NCBI GenBank assembly: GCA_004764695.1
Contig: SMSO01000034.1
Location: 2,604,001-2,668,000 of the forward strand
Length of the DNA: 64,000 bases
DNA from: Schizochytrium sp. TIO01
Taxonomy: Eukaryota > Protista > Bigyra: Labyrinthulomycetes
Reading direction: 5' to 3'
Position 1 is the stretch's first letter, and every line of letters starts with the position of its first letter. Below are positions 1-13,000 of the stretch, in pieces. Under the pieces are notes generated by a model. It had not been told where the DNA came from. It saw only the letters and a program-made list of their open reading frames with translations, and searched no databases. A program made the translations under genes and the position numbers.

Positions 1-702
1 TGTTGCTGCCATGCCTCTACTCAGAGCATTTCCAACAAGGGAACGCACATTCTTAATGCTACATAAGCGATTTACATCTTTGGGGCACAGATCTGTATCA
101 AATCTTGGAAGACTTCGTTTCGCAAGGGCTGAGAGTACTATAAAACTTTGCCCGGTACCTTCACTTGTAATTTGAGATGCATACCCCCAGTGCGTCACAG
201 GCTCAAGCGGTCTATCTTCCGAGGTGTAGACAAATGTGAACCAACCGTCGTTTTCATCCTGGGCAACTTCGGCAATACGATCTACAATTAACGACTGATT
301 AAAGCACACAGTATAATACTTGGCAATGCTCGCCATATTCATTCCATTCAGAGCTATGTCCCGCCCATTTGCGAGAAGCTGGTTTGATGTTGCATCGAAA
401 ATGTACGGCGAAAATCCAAAGGCACCTTGTGGGTTATTTTCCTGCTCATTTGTTTGGTTTAGAATATTTTGTATAGCGCTTTCATTTGCAGCACTCGTGA
501 GTTCCTTACTGAGCTTGTTTACAAGCCGATAGACGAGATCAAAAGAACACTGTGTTGCATAAGCTGCAGTACAGGCAGGGTAGACTGGTGAGCTTCCATC
601 ATCGAGCAAGCGTACAGGCCGTGCGCCAGTTGCAGGCCATGACAAGGTCCCAAACAGTACCGACAGCACCAATAGCGCGGCAAGTGGAACGACCTTCGAC
701 AT
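1..702 (-). CDS. 5' part (234 codons, runs off the window) of a Cache-repeat receptor, paralogue of 10076..13234
   Basis: Manual minus-strand translation from ATG 702 is open to base 1: MSKVVPLAALLVLSVLFGTLSWPATGARPVRLLDDGSSPVYPACTAAYATQC...ENDGWFTFVYTSEDRPLEPVTHWGYA...ALAKRSLPRFDTDLCPKDVNRLCSIKNVRSLVGNALSRGM. It is collinear with the 1052-aa ORF (GARPVRLLDDG, EDGWF, SEDRP, ALAKRSLPR, VNRLCSI). It is absent from the ORF track because there is no stop codon in the window. Confidence 0.93.
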   Translation of the reverse strand, partial: MSKVVPLAALLVLSVLFGTLSWPATGARPVRLLDDGSSPVYPACTAAYATQCSFDLVYRLVNKLSKELTSAANESAIQNILNQTNEQENNPQGAFGFSPYIFDATSNQLLANGRDIALNGMNMASIAKYYTVCFNQSLIVDRIAEVAQDENDGWFTFVYTSEDRPLEPVTHWGYASQITSEGTGQSFIVLSALAKRSLPRFDTDLCPKDVNRLCSIKNVRSLVGNALSRGMAAT

Positions 703-1772
703 GCCTCTTTTTATCCTTGTTGCACAACCATTTCAAATCTGAATATGAATGAGCTCTTCGCATTTTCACCTTCACACATCAAAACAAATGTAACAACGGC
801 ACCGGGGGAGGTGCCAAAATCAAACACTATAGTAAATTGTAAAAGTATAGAAAAAGAACCAGATGGTTCCTTCTTTGTTATTGTTTATTCTACAAAGTTA
901 CATTGGGAACTGATGCGCTTCTTTTGACATTCTAAGCAGCGCTCTTGGTCAAACCCGCTCATGAATAAGTAAACGTCATCATCTTGCTCAGTTTTGACCA
1001 AACTCTCTTTTTATACGCTACACTCTATTTGCGTGACGAGTCTCTGATCTCGACAAATGGGTTCACTGACTGTATTCATTGTGTAGTGATCCGGTTTATC
1101 TGTGCAGATAGGTTTACTTTTGTGTAGCCGTTACAAAATGTAAGGGTTCTTGTAAAACCTCGAGCAAAGTAAACCCTAGGTGGTTTTAGGCGGCTAATGT
1201 TCCAGCACTCGAAAACTGAGACACTTCAAGTTCCGGTTCTAGAAAAGTTGCATAGCGAGCTGGCGAAAGATGTTGAAGTCGGCCTTCGGGCAGGAGTACT
1301 TGTACGTTTACAAAAATGCTTAGTAATGTACCTACATTATATGGGGTGTACGGTGTGAATTAAAAATTCTCTTATTCTGTTAATATTATATTTTACTAAA
1401 GGACAAGGGAAAATATAAATATATGTATATATGGAGCCTTTTTGCGAAGAACATCGAATCAAGAAGACACATGGTTGTCACTTCTATAATACCACCTTTT
1501 GAACTTATTGAGGATCGCTGGAAGTTGTGACTCTCTCAAACGATAAGATGTATGAGATAAAAGGTCACAGTGTTTGCAAATCGCTATACTATTGGATGTG
1601 TCTACACGCTCTGCATGACTGTGTTTAGGGAGAAAACAAACCCGATGACTCTGATCTACTAGAATTCTCAGGCCTTGAAGAGATGCTTTCATATTCAGTA
1701 ATTCTATTAAATGAAGCAACTTTTTTGGCGCAGTCGGACCATTTTGGCTAGGCCTAGGGCTCGATTCAGCAG

Positions 1773-1811
1773 GAAGCACCGCATGAAGCACCGCATGAAG
1801 CACCGCATGAA
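1773..1811. repeat. 12-bp tandem repeat (GAAGCACCGCAT)x3
   Basis: Read directly from the sequence. Confidence 0.9.
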
Positions 1812-2664
1812 TCACAGGCACATGTGTTCAAACGACTAACGTGAATTTGTAAACGCTTTGCTTTCCTGATAATAAGGATTATAGCACGGTATCGTAAATA
1901 TCTGAGCATCCCAAGCGACTAAGAAGACTATTATCACGTTATTGCCTCAAGTATTTACAATAATGTCGAGATTTTGCAATATTGGGGTTTCATTGGCTAG
2001 CATGATTGTTTACCTTGGATGTATCTGTGTACTCCAGCAGACCTATCTTTACTTTCCCCATAGTTTTTCAATCACAAGTTTCTAATTCAATATGGGACTT
2101 TTTTTTTTTGCAATCCCAATAATTGGGAAACTACTCATCCGTTCAAGTCTTGCGATTGAAGCAACACTCAAGTTTGAGCATCCCAGATTCCTGTAAGGAA
2201 CAAGACTAGCAATGAAATGAACTGGTGGGAAACTAACTCTCTTTACTTTTTAAAACTACTACATTCAGAGTTCTTGTCATCTCTCGTTCGATAATGTTCC
2301 GAATTTAACCAGTTCAATGAAGAATGCATTCAACAAAACTCAAGGCTTCGTTGAGATGGTGTCAAACTGCTCTCGCACATGGCAATCGAACGCAGCCAGA
2401 CTTGTCTCAGGCAAAAGTGATTTTCTGCTATTGGCTACATACCAACGCCTCAACTCAAGGTCAGCCATCGAGACAAGTTTAATTGGAACAATCGAAAATT
2501 AAGAAAGGATCCCAAAGAAGGTTAATGAGCAGAACAAAAATTATAACATCGGTGGTACGAATAGTAAGGGGTATTTTCTAGTATCAACATTAGCCTCAAA
2601 CATGTAAAGAGACAGTCATACATGCAGGAGGGTGATAGACAACATATGGTGACGAAGGGAGTGT

Positions 2665-3333
2665 CTAAACCTGGGACTTGGTGGCCTGGTAGACATCAAA
2701 CACAGGGACCGGGCGGCCAGGATGCTCTTGGGCCTTGTCGCGAGCTATTTTGAGAATCTCAATAAACTGTGTGCCGTGCATGGGTCGAATCTCAAGACTC
2801 TTGGGCCGGCCAGCCTCGGTAATCCAGGTTACGGTAATTTTACCCTTTGCGAGGGAAAGCATGCCGAGGTCTTCAAAGTTGACGCGCTCGGTGTGCCAGG
2901 TGTTGTTGGAGAGCTCACGGGCCACAAGGAGCTGAGTCTCAGTCATGCCAATAAACTCATTGAGCACGATTGTTTTCTCGGTCGGGCGCCTGCTCAGGCA
3001 TCTCTTGATGATAGACGAATAATGCCAAGTGACAAAGAGCAAGATATCGAGAACGATGCCGGCTCCGCCGACAATTGCAACGGGCAATACCTTGAGAATG
3101 ATACCAATAACCAGCAGGACGAGAAAGATCAAGAAACCCACCACTGCGGCCAATAGAAGATCATCACTGCGCCGCAGCACGGCCGCAGCAACCGCTGGAG
3201 CATGCTCACCACCAGCGCGGCTTGGGTATACCTGAACAACCTTTTCACCCTTGAACTTCTTCTGGAGAGCGTCCATAATCATCGTTGGCACCTCCTCGGG
3301 CCGCGGCTCGCGGTAAATCATCGCCTCGTCCAT
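2665..3333 (-). CDS. Hypothetical membrane protein with two TM helices and a possible PH-like C-terminal domain
   Basis: GC-rich uninterrupted ORF with first ATG at 3333 (MDEAMIY). Hydrophobic hairpin LLLAAVVGFLIFLVLLVIGIIL / VLPVAIVGGAGIVLDILLFVTW, followed by a beta-rich segment (FIGMTETQLLV...VNFEDL...ITVTW) and a terminal helix. Confidence 0.8.
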   Translation of the reverse strand: MDEAMIYREPRPEEVPTMIMDALQKKFKGEKVVQVYPSRAGGEHAPAVAAAVLRRSDDLLLAAVVGFLIFLVLLVIGIILKVLPVAIVGGAGIVLDILLFVTWHYSSIIKRCLSRRPTEKTIVLNEFIGMTETQLLVARELSNNTWHTERVNFEDLGMLSLAKGKITVTWITEAGRPKSLEIRPMHGTQFIEILKIARDKAQEHPGRPVPVFDVYQATKSQV

Positions 3334-4149
3334 GGTTGCTGAAGTTTTATTCCCCGTCCACACGTTACCACGCGAGGCAAGGCTTTTCGAGTGAGAGAAA
3401 AGGGTTTCTGATTTGAAGTAGTAGCTACACTCGTCCTAATTCACTCGCTCGTGAAAGCACCGCACTTAACAAGACGAAAACAACGCAATTGATCTCCGCA
3501 GCACGTGCACGACCAGATCCAGCTGAGAGACTGCGCTCTCTCGTGACTCGACACAGCTCTCCCTGCGCCAGCAGAGGAGCCGTCAGCAGTCGATTCGGGT
3601 TTGGTCTTCGCCTCGTAGCGTGTGTACGGGTTTCTGCGTGCAATTGCCAAGCTAGTACTTCTACTACGTATGTTTGTTTGCCTTGCCTGAGCGAGCACAA
3701 CTTCGGCAAGTCCAAGTGCCATTTTGGGCTCCTCCTGCGTTTTTAAAAGAAATAGACAGTGGAGAAAGCACTTCAGAGAACGAGAGAGAAAGCAAAGAGA
3801 GAGAGAGAACACTCAGGGCCCTCCTTCGCCTAGAGACTAAGGGCGGCTATGGTGAAGGGTAAGACTAGCCTCTCTAAAGGAGGAAGTGAAACCCACGTGG
3901 ACTTTGCAATCGTTGATCTCTGTCAAATCGAGTGAGAAGAAATGAAATGCGATCGTACAGGACTCGGCGTACTTGGAAGCACGAACATTATGATAGTTGA
4001 GGTTGGTTGAGCTTTGAAGACTCTTCGAGCACGAGCGTGAGCTGGGGAACTTGAATGACTGCGAGCTTGTGCGAAGTAGTAAACTTTAGTAATGGCGATG
4101 CGAGTGTTGACGTGCCTTTAGTGCTGAGGGGCATCGGATTCGATGGTTG

Positions 4150-5900
4150 TGGCAGTACTTCTCATCTTGAAATTAGTGCTACAACTTTGGCATGAGCAAC
4201 TTTGGAAAGTGTATGGGGTCGGCGGGAATAGAACGCCAACTTCTCAGCAGTATTGCAGCTACCTCTGGTCTTTTAGAAATCATGAAAGGACGGGAGAATA
4301 CTGAAAATCATCACAAGAACCCACCCGAAGTTGAGGAAAACCATACAAAGATCAGCACTCAAATCTGTCAATCAGCGTCCTGCTCAACATTCTGCTGTCA
4401 AAGCCAATATTGCTTACCTTACACAAACTTCCCTCGCTCGGCTGGCTCCACTATATTATGATGGTTGTGAAACCATTGCCCAGCTTTCAATCAACTTTGC
4501 CTAAAAATATAGCTAAACGCATCAGCACTATTTACTCACTTATTATCATCACTCTGAGCATAAACACACGTTTGCTTGAAGTCGCCAATGAGCTGCGCTT
4601 TGTCTTTCTCTGCTATTGCCAGCAACGTAGAACCATTCGGACCGCCACACTGTGCTATCTCTAACCCTTACTGTTTTCCATAGCTAGCTTTACACACCTG
4701 TGCGCGCGTGCAAGAGCATCATTAACAATATTAGGTAGGCACTTCTAGAAATCATCTATGGAAAACCTATAGAGATAATAAATCCACTCATGAATCACCA
4801 CTCTGAGACTGGTGAACTTGAGCTCTGACTCATCAACTACATAGATTGGGCTGTCGCCTGATGACAAGCGAGATCTTGATCAAGATATCAAATTTCTCTT
4901 GAGACAGATTATGAAAGGCTTTTTCGGACAAATTGATAGTTTCAAGGAAAGAAGAACTCTGATGATGGAACGATCTGACTACCACATAATAACTCGCAGC
5001 CGAATCGCTCGAGGCGTTGTGGACGTGGATAATACAGGACCAAACTATCATACTTCCAGTAGAAGTAGTTACCTGCCTGTTAGCAGCTGGTTTCACTGTA
5101 TTCTTAGATATCTGCGAGCATTTGCTTTTCCTTTCACGATATTGCAAGAACCTGAAGTTTCACTACAGGCTCAATCCATATTCTTATATTAGGTATTCAA
5201 CAGGCGCAAGCTCACATTTGGTGTAAAGTTTCATATTCAATCTTGCAAGCGCGTGAACTTGAAGGAACATGAAGAAACGGGCACGCGGCGGCGCTTGCAG
5301 GTGCGAGGCTTGCTGAGTGGAACTTGGTTGCTTCCCACTAAAGCTCAAGGTGTCAAGGATTTCTTTCATTTTGCAAGCTAAGCTACGCGAGAGAACGCAG
5401 CGTAACCTGGTGGGCTTGCACAAAGCGCGAGTCGGCCAGCTTGAGCCGAAGCAGCAAAGTGTCTGCCTTTCAAGCTACTCTCTCGTTTGGGTGTGCAGCT
5501 TTAATGACGTGAGGGCCAACCTCAACGTGCAGCAAGGGTTCTAAAGAGTAGCTTGAAATCTTGCAGAGGATTGGGTTTGTGCAAACTTGAACACATTGGC
5601 TCTGTAAGCTTAGGTATCCTGTAGTCTGAATTTGGTTTATAAACTACTATGTGGATCGTGATAATTGGCAACCATGAGTCATGAGCCGGCTCGCTAGGAA
5701 GCGGCTCTATCCTGTTATATGGCTTCGTCTGTGGAACTTCAAGTTGAGCAGGGAATTTATGATACCAGAGCACTACTCTGATGATGGTGGGGAGTACTGG
5801 AAAGTCTATCCCCCTGTATATTCTAAACATCATATTTTGCAAGTGTACAACAACTTGCTCATCTTTCCAAGCTAATCGCTGCCATTAGTACAGCAGAACG
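4150..5900 (+). pseudogene. Possible decayed LRR (F-box/LRR-like) gene; limits approximate
   Basis: Short stop- and frameshift-broken frames contain LRR-like fragments: LHKLPSLGWL, LLFLSRYCKNLKF, VCANLNTLAL. Confidence 0.3.
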
Positions 5901-6537
5901 GCTTCTTCCAAAGGAAAAAGTCATGGTTCCGACATAGAAATGGGCCTCTTTCAAGTTGGGCTGCATCAGGCTGCGAGCGTGTCCTTAGAGTTCACTTGTA
6001 ACACATCTCTTCTCACAAATTCGCAAAGGAGCGTACCACTTACCAGAGTCCATAAGCGAGCTGCCAGCTTAACAAGGACGAGAGCTGGATTCCTTTGAGC
6101 CTGTTTGCTTGGCAAAGAACCGCCACAACTGCCTTTGCTCCGTTTGGTTCTTTTGTAGAAACTGTGAGAGCTGAGTAGAACACGCATTTAAATGATTAGT
6201 CGTTCTCTTCCGTAGTCGTTTCTGTGCAATTGAAAGACTGAATGGTTCTATGGTATGATAACTTCTTCTCATAGCAGTAGACCGTTACATGGTGCTTCAG
6301 ATCTTACAATGATGTATGAGTCAAGTCGTGTAACAATATGAGAAGGCTCTTCTTATTATAGCTTGCCACTCAAAAGATGCATTGCTTAGGTTTGGGAGCA
6401 AGGAAGCAGCTCTCTTGATCTTATCTAAAGAAAAACTAAGACAACGTTTTGTAAGATAAACTTCTTGAATGGTTTGAGTATGACTTATTTTAAATATGCA
6501 AGGAAAGTTGTAGCGCGCACAGTTCTTTTTGGGAGAC

Positions 6538-7932
6538 TTAGAACCCTTTGGGGGCGACAGTTTTAACCTCATTTCTGGTATATCTAAAGCTTGGGCCAAT
6601 GACTTTAGGAGTAAGAAAGGGCTTGAGGCGCATTTTGAGTGCCATTCGTATATCCTCATCACGCACTTCATTGGCCATGTAGCTCCGAAGGCGCTGACGT
6701 CGAAGACGAATCCATACCTTTTCAACAACTGTCATATGTACACCAGTTTGTTGCACGTGCTCAGGCTTAAAGGTACATGCTCGGGCATGTTCCATGCCAC
6801 GACGCATCGATAAACCAACATCTTTGAAGCACCAAATGCAGAAGCAATGACCACAATTTTGATTATTGCAGGCCATGACAATGCTGACCACATCAGTACG
6901 GATAACCGCCATAGCGTGACACGTAGGGCAGCTTGGGCGTAAGATACGATAACGAATGCGGCGAAAGTGTTTAGTCACTTGATCAGCTACTTCGGTCTCC
7001 GAAAGCGGCTGAAAGAAGCTTGCGTCGATTTGTTGCATTGCGTGAGCAAGCTGTTGATATGTAGAGGCAACATTCTTCTCCGTGGTAGTGAGTTCGCGCG
7101 ATGGCACACCAACAGCTCGAAGGAGCTTTTGGATATTGTCGCTCTCCAACACTCCCGGCTCAAACCAACTTTTGTACTTTGTAATCATACTTTGAAGCCG
7201 TTTAATTTGCCGGGGCAGAGTGAATGCACCATATGACAACCACACTTGGGTGAGCCTACTGAAGGCCTCAAGAGGGCCTTCTCGATAGCGACGCCGTAGC
7301 CATTCACCCTCAGTTTGTAAAGCAGCCTTGACTCTATTCACATGCCCAGAGAGTTCGCCTGCTAAATTGGTATGTGCTAGGGCGAAAAAATGAACCTCAT
7401 GTTCGATTTTTCGTTGCTTCAAAAGGCGAGAAGCAGCTTCATCAAGCTTGTCGAGTTCGGTCGTGGACGCCTTATACAGATCCATGCTCTTGAGGGAGGC
7501 TGGGAGCCACGCTTTCCAGAGTGCATGAAACTCACTCATGGCTGCCTTTGCACGCTCCCAGGTCACCTCTACATCGTTTTCGGCATGAGCATTGTCAAAT
7601 CTTTTTAGGAAGGCAGCGCGAAACGTATCAGCTTCTTCGTATTCCTGGTTACCTTCGTACATCTTGACAAGATCATGTTGCAGAAGATAGGAAGCTTTTG
7701 CGATGAGTTTTGACCGACCGGACGCTTCCGCCAGGGCACTTTCCTCACGCATCAAGCTTTCCCAGCACTTGATAAGCGCCTCAAGTTCTGCAGGCCACGT
7801 CTTCTCTACAAGCTCCTCTGCCACCCAGTACCACCTATGCGCTCCAGCTGGATGAACAAGGTCAGCATGCATCTTGCGTAGCTTGTTCACACGAAATGAC
7901 TCTTCAAACACATCCTCAAATGGGTTGTTCAT
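6538..7932 (-). CDS. 464-aa helical protein with a C-terminal RBR-type RING2/IBR-like zinc finger
   Basis: ATG-started ORF with motif CPTC-x14-C-x4-CGHCFCIWC-x12-H-x3-C, matching the CPxC...CxxxxCxxxFCxxC pattern of IBR/RING2 domains. Confidence 0.8.
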   Translation of the reverse strand: MNNPFEDVFEESFRVNKLRKMHADLVHPAGAHRWYWVAEELVEKTWPAELEALIKCWESLMREESALAEASGRSKLIAKASYLLQHDLVKMYEGNQEYEEADTFRAAFLKRFDNAHAENDVEVTWERAKAAMSEFHALWKAWLPASLKSMDLYKASTTELDKLDEAASRLLKQRKIEHEVHFFALAHTNLAGELSGHVNRVKAALQTEGEWLRRRYREGPLEAFSRLTQVWLSYGAFTLPRQIKRLQSMITKYKSWFEPGVLESDNIQKLLRAVGVPSRELTTTEKNVASTYQQLAHAMQQIDASFFQPLSETEVADQVTKHFRRIRYRILRPSCPTCHAMAVIRTDVVSIVMACNNQNCGHCFCIWCFKDVGLSMRRGMEHARACTFKPEHVQQTGVHMTVVEKVWIRLRRQRLRSYMANEVRDEDIRMALKMRLKPFLTPKVIGPSFRYTRNEVKTVAPKGF

Positions 7933-10075
7933 GTTTGCCGCAATTCAATTTCGGGCCTCTGTCCTTGAACCTTACCCTGCACGCTTCTGCGTAATATGAC
8001 TGATACCCTCTCCGCCTCCCTTTAATCTTGTCTTTGTTCACAGTCCCCCAAGTACCTCACAACGCTCAACCGCTGGGTCCTTTCGACGCGGTTTGCTTCG
8101 GGGCGTTACGTCTTCAGTGCCCAAAGGCACCTCTTGGCAAACCTGGGAAGACGCAAGCAGCAACTTTGAGACTTGACGCCTTCAGAGCGGCTTCCGCAAG
8201 GCTCTTCGCACGAGCACTTCGCACCTCAGCTTTGGCGTTGCGAAGCAGAACGCTTAATCAGTTTGGCCTCTTTGGAGTTACGGTTTTGCCGTAACATCAA
8301 ACGTCTTTGGGCTCTTCAAGAAAGATCCTGGTTTCTTCGTTAGCTCTTTTACTGTTGCCCCTTATTCTCCGTCAGCAATGGCCACGATTCGAGGGGCTTC
8401 TTAACGAATAGATCGGACTCCGCAAGATCAACGAGACACGGCTCTGCCACAAAGCAAGGCCTCCAACGACGCAGCGCGAGAGAGAAGAACGAGGCACGCA
8501 AAGTTTATTTGGCCGCTCGGGGAAACAAAGCATAACTCTTAATTGTATAAAGAAACTCAAGCAAAAAGTATGTCGAGTTTATGCCGCCGTTGCTGTAAAA
8601 ATGAGAGCGCGAATTGTGAACAGAAACAGATTAAGAGGTCAAACAGATGAATTGATTGACTGTCTCAAAAACTTTCCAGGTCTTCGAAGGCAAACACCAA
8701 GCAAACAAAGGCTTACTCTGGAGACCTCGTCTTTTCGTGTCTGCATTATGGACTGCCATGTTCAAGAGGTTTTTTTATCGAGAAGGTTAATTTGAGACGC
8801 ACCTAGGACGAAGTTTGTAAAGAAACAATGAACCTTCCAGTGACAGACAGCTCTCTTCAGTTTAAAGTTTAGTGAAGCTGCGTCGCTTCATGAGGCCCTT
8901 TATGCAGAACATACACGGTTCGGTTGACGCCATTTGGACATGTGTCCAAACCTCTAAAGCATTTTCACTGCTCAATATAAACATAGGGATTGGGCAAGTA
9001 TAGCGGCTCTAACAGCTTCCAAATCCCACAGGCTATTTTCTATTTCTTTGTTCGAGGCCCTAGCGGCACTTTCCTCAATGAATCCTCGCAACTCTATTTT
9101 CAGTTTCATCGCTTTCCATCCGTCTCTCCGGTCCTTTCCAAGGCTGCTCCTCCACCTGAGGCTTTCTAGCTTTAGTGAGCGACAATCCTTTGTCTCCCTT
9201 TTTTCCAGTCTTTGTGAGATAGATCACTTCTTTCCCCAGCAACTTGCAAGTCGGTGCTTTCTCACAAAAGCAAAGGAGTTCACTTGATCAACACTCGACA
9301 CTTCAGGCATATTTTTTGGTCCAGGCGTCCACGCATACATCACACAATCACCTCTCGAGCTAGACCTCATCAATATTTTGTAAGAAGCTTCATAAATCAA
9401 TTATTTCCTCAAAGTTTATTCACCTCCCTCATAGAAGTGCGTTAATGATAACCATAGGACATAACTTTTTAGTCTTGTTAATAACTGCATGCCTAGCTAG
9501 CTAGATAGGTTGCTCAGCGATGACTTTTTTCGAGATGGGTGATCAAGTTATTCGGCTCCGTCTCATCTCATGCCAGTTTTCTGAAAGGCACCCTCACTAG
9601 TCAGCACACTAATTTTGTATTTTTACCGGGTTAAAGACTAAAGTGAAAGTAAAGCACTTTCATGAGTGCTTACCTGCCTACTTAAACCATTTTGTAGTTC
9701 AAGACCATGTAACGGATAGTCGCATACGGATGATGGTCAAGACTTTGGTTCCGAATAGGATATGGACCAGGCTAGTGAGATAAGCCAGATTCATAGAACA
9801 TAACTAGGAATACATACTAAAATAGTAGTATCAAATGTCTTGTGATTGGGAAGGAAGACGTTATCAAGGTTGTTGGATAAGGTAGAACGTAGCTAAAGTG
9901 TTTTACTCCTCCATGTAAGTGACGCTTTTAAAATGTTACATGATGTAATTACATTTAGTATAAGGTAGCGTGTGTGCTCAGAGGGATTGTAATAATTGAT
10001 GATGCAGTTGGTTCTATTCTGGAGTGATTTAAGAGAGAAGCTTAGTTGGAGAATTTAAGTCTTTAAAAGGGAGGT

Positions 10076-13000
10076 ATGACATTGCTGCAAAGCGGTTATA
10101 ACTGGACATCGCGCAACATGCGAAGCATTCTTGCTGTGGTCTTGTTAGTTGCGCAGGTTAGCGTGTCTGAGGTCGGCGCGCGGCCTGTGAGGCTGCTCGA
10201 CGACGGAACAGCATCGATCTTTCCAGCATGTTCAGCAAGTTATTCTACACAATGTGCGTTCGTTAACGCTTACAGGCTAGTGGAGTCTCTTTCTAGCACA
10301 TTAAGTCAGTCCACTGATGTCGATACTGTTCTTGAACAAGTAAGCAACAAAACCTATAACGGAGAAGATGCGCTGCACTTTGCTCCGTATATCTTAGAAA
10401 CAACGAATATGACATGTGTAGCGAACGGCCGAAATTCATCATTCAATGGCAAAACAATGGCGGAAATTGCGAAAACGTTTATGTCTGTTAATACCCTCCA
10501 AACTGGTCTCGAGGAAGAAATTCGAAAAGCAGTCAACGAAAGTGAAGATGGGTGGTTTAAGCTGTTTTTGTCATCTGAAGATCGACCAAATGAACCAATT
10601 TCTCATTATGGTTATGCAAAGAAGATTCTAGTCAACGCAACGCAGGATGAGTACATTATTCTAGCAGCCTTGGCCAAACGGAGTCTGCCTCGTATCGATA
10701 CAGTCACTTGCCCAAATGGAGTCAATCGGCTTTGTTCAATAACAAACGCGAGGGCGCTTATTGGAGATGCCCTTTCACGAGCCATGGATGTCACAACTGA
10801 GGAAGAGCTTATGGAGGTATGGACAGACATAGCATATCCTACTGATACATCCCTTGCGGATGGCAGATGGTATGTCTTTGCGCTTGAAAGATTAACCCCT
10901 CAGACTATTGTTGGGCACATAAATCTGAACTATATTGGGATGGCTTACTACACCTTGATTAAGTCGTTGCAACCACACTTGAATGAAGAGGAGGTTCTCG
11001 AGCAAGAACTACTCTTTGAAGTTGCTGGTGAAAATGGAGGCACTTGGCTTGCATACAATTTTAGTCTTGGTTCTGAAGCTGTGTTACCTAAAGTGAGTTA
11101 CATTGCAGGCTTTCAACGATTTGGTGTTGAGTATATTTTGGGTACTGGTTTTAACCATTTGAGAGATCCTGAGGTTAAAGCAGCTTTCTGTACCCAGTGT
11201 GAAGCGAACAACAATGCTCCTTGCGCAATTGGCAACACACAAAGCTTAGTTGCGCATGCTGAAGTAGGATTTCTCATTAATGTATCAAAGTCAGAAGCAG
11301 TAGAGAGACTGCACTCTGGTTCGGAGTATAAGATGGCAGGCAATTTTGGCATTGTTTTGGTGCGTTATGATGGTAATTTAGAAGCTGATAGCCTTCTGAC
11401 TTCGTCTACAAGCCTCAATGAGTCCCTGGCTGCTCGCTATATTGATGAAGATGAGACGGACTTAATTCATGAATTACTGAAAGATAAGGCTAATCAGGGT
11501 GGAGGGTGGATCAAGCTTCCCGGATCTCCGTCACACCCCGATTTTGTGGCTCTTGTTCGTAAAATCAGCAAATACAATGAAGCTTATTACCTTTTCACAG
11601 GTTACGCGGACCAGCACCCTTCTGTTACTAGCAACTGCTCTTCTCATTTTGATGATAAGTGCGCTGAGGAGAATACAAAAGCAGTTGTTGGTCAAATTGT
11701 AACAGCAATCCAATTGACTACTTCAGATGCGGAATTTCAGACTATCTTAGACGACATTAACTCAGGAGTAAACGGAACCTTAACCTTGCCGCCAGACTTT
11801 TACGGAATCTTACTCAATGAGGAGTATGAAATGATTGCATTTGGCGGTGAAGAGGAACGTGGGGATTGGAATGCCAGTATCATTGAATCCTACCTCAAGT
11901 TTGTACAGCAACGCCAATATGTGACTTCACTTGGCAATGAGTTCCCGGATCTACTGCATGTGGCTGCATACGAGGTAGGAGGAAGCTATCTTGAAGTCGA
12001 ATGGAACCGCTCGAGCGACGATTCTTCTGAAATTAGGCACATTTTCACCCAGGTAGCAACCCGAACATCTGACTCGGGCATCGATCAGACCTATTATGTC
12101 TTGTCAATGTTTATCGCAAATCCTGAGCCAGCACAGTGTAATAGTGACAATGATTGTCCGGAAAACTCCTTTTGCGTCTTAGATGATCATGATCACGACG
12201 AGGAACATGGTTTATATCGATGCGCTTGTGGATTTTATTATAAGGCAGTTTTTGCTAAGGAGGTATCAGAATGCACCGAATCTCCAGTGAACATATATTC
12301 CATGACATGCGAGATCGATAGTAGTAAATTCAAGTTCTCGAGGATTAATGCTTTTGCACGATTTCTTGCAGCTCTTTGTATTTTACTAGCAGTCCTATGT
12401 CTAGTTTGGACCACTAGAAGCATACGATCTCCAATACTTGTTGCATCGCAGCCTTTTCTACTTTACTTTATCATTGTAGGGGCCTTTCTTTCTTCGATAT
12501 CAATCATTTTAATAAGCATTGACGATTATGGAACTGTGTCAGCAGGATCTACGGGTCTCAGCGAAAAGGCTAATATGGCGTGCATGACTCAGTCATGGTT
12601 TTGGGGCCTTGGATTTATGTTCATGTTTTGTTCCATGTTTATTAAAATTCGTCGAGCTTCTCGAATTGTTAAAGGGACACAGAGAAACCTGCGTAGAATC
12701 AAAGGGATCTCCTTGAAAAACGCACTAAGCTCAATGGCGGTGCTCTTTTCCATCGAGATCATTCTTTTAGCAACTTGGTCGATTAAAGCACCTTTAAAAC
12801 TCGTTCGGTTCGAGAATAACCCGAATAATGCTTCGTGTGAACACCCCGACGCTTCCTTCTATTTTGCACTAATTTTTCTTTATCATTCGGCCTTGATGAT
12901 TTATGGTGTCTTTCTCGGGCTAAAGTGTCGTAATGTCAACGGACTATATGATGAGGTTAAATACCTAAATTTAGGAATGCAGAGCTATTTACAGGTCAAT

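Noticed and set aside
8000-9450. Possible upstream coding extension of the RING2-like gene
   Set aside because: Protein-like fragments on the minus strand are interrupted by stops and no splice structure could be supported.
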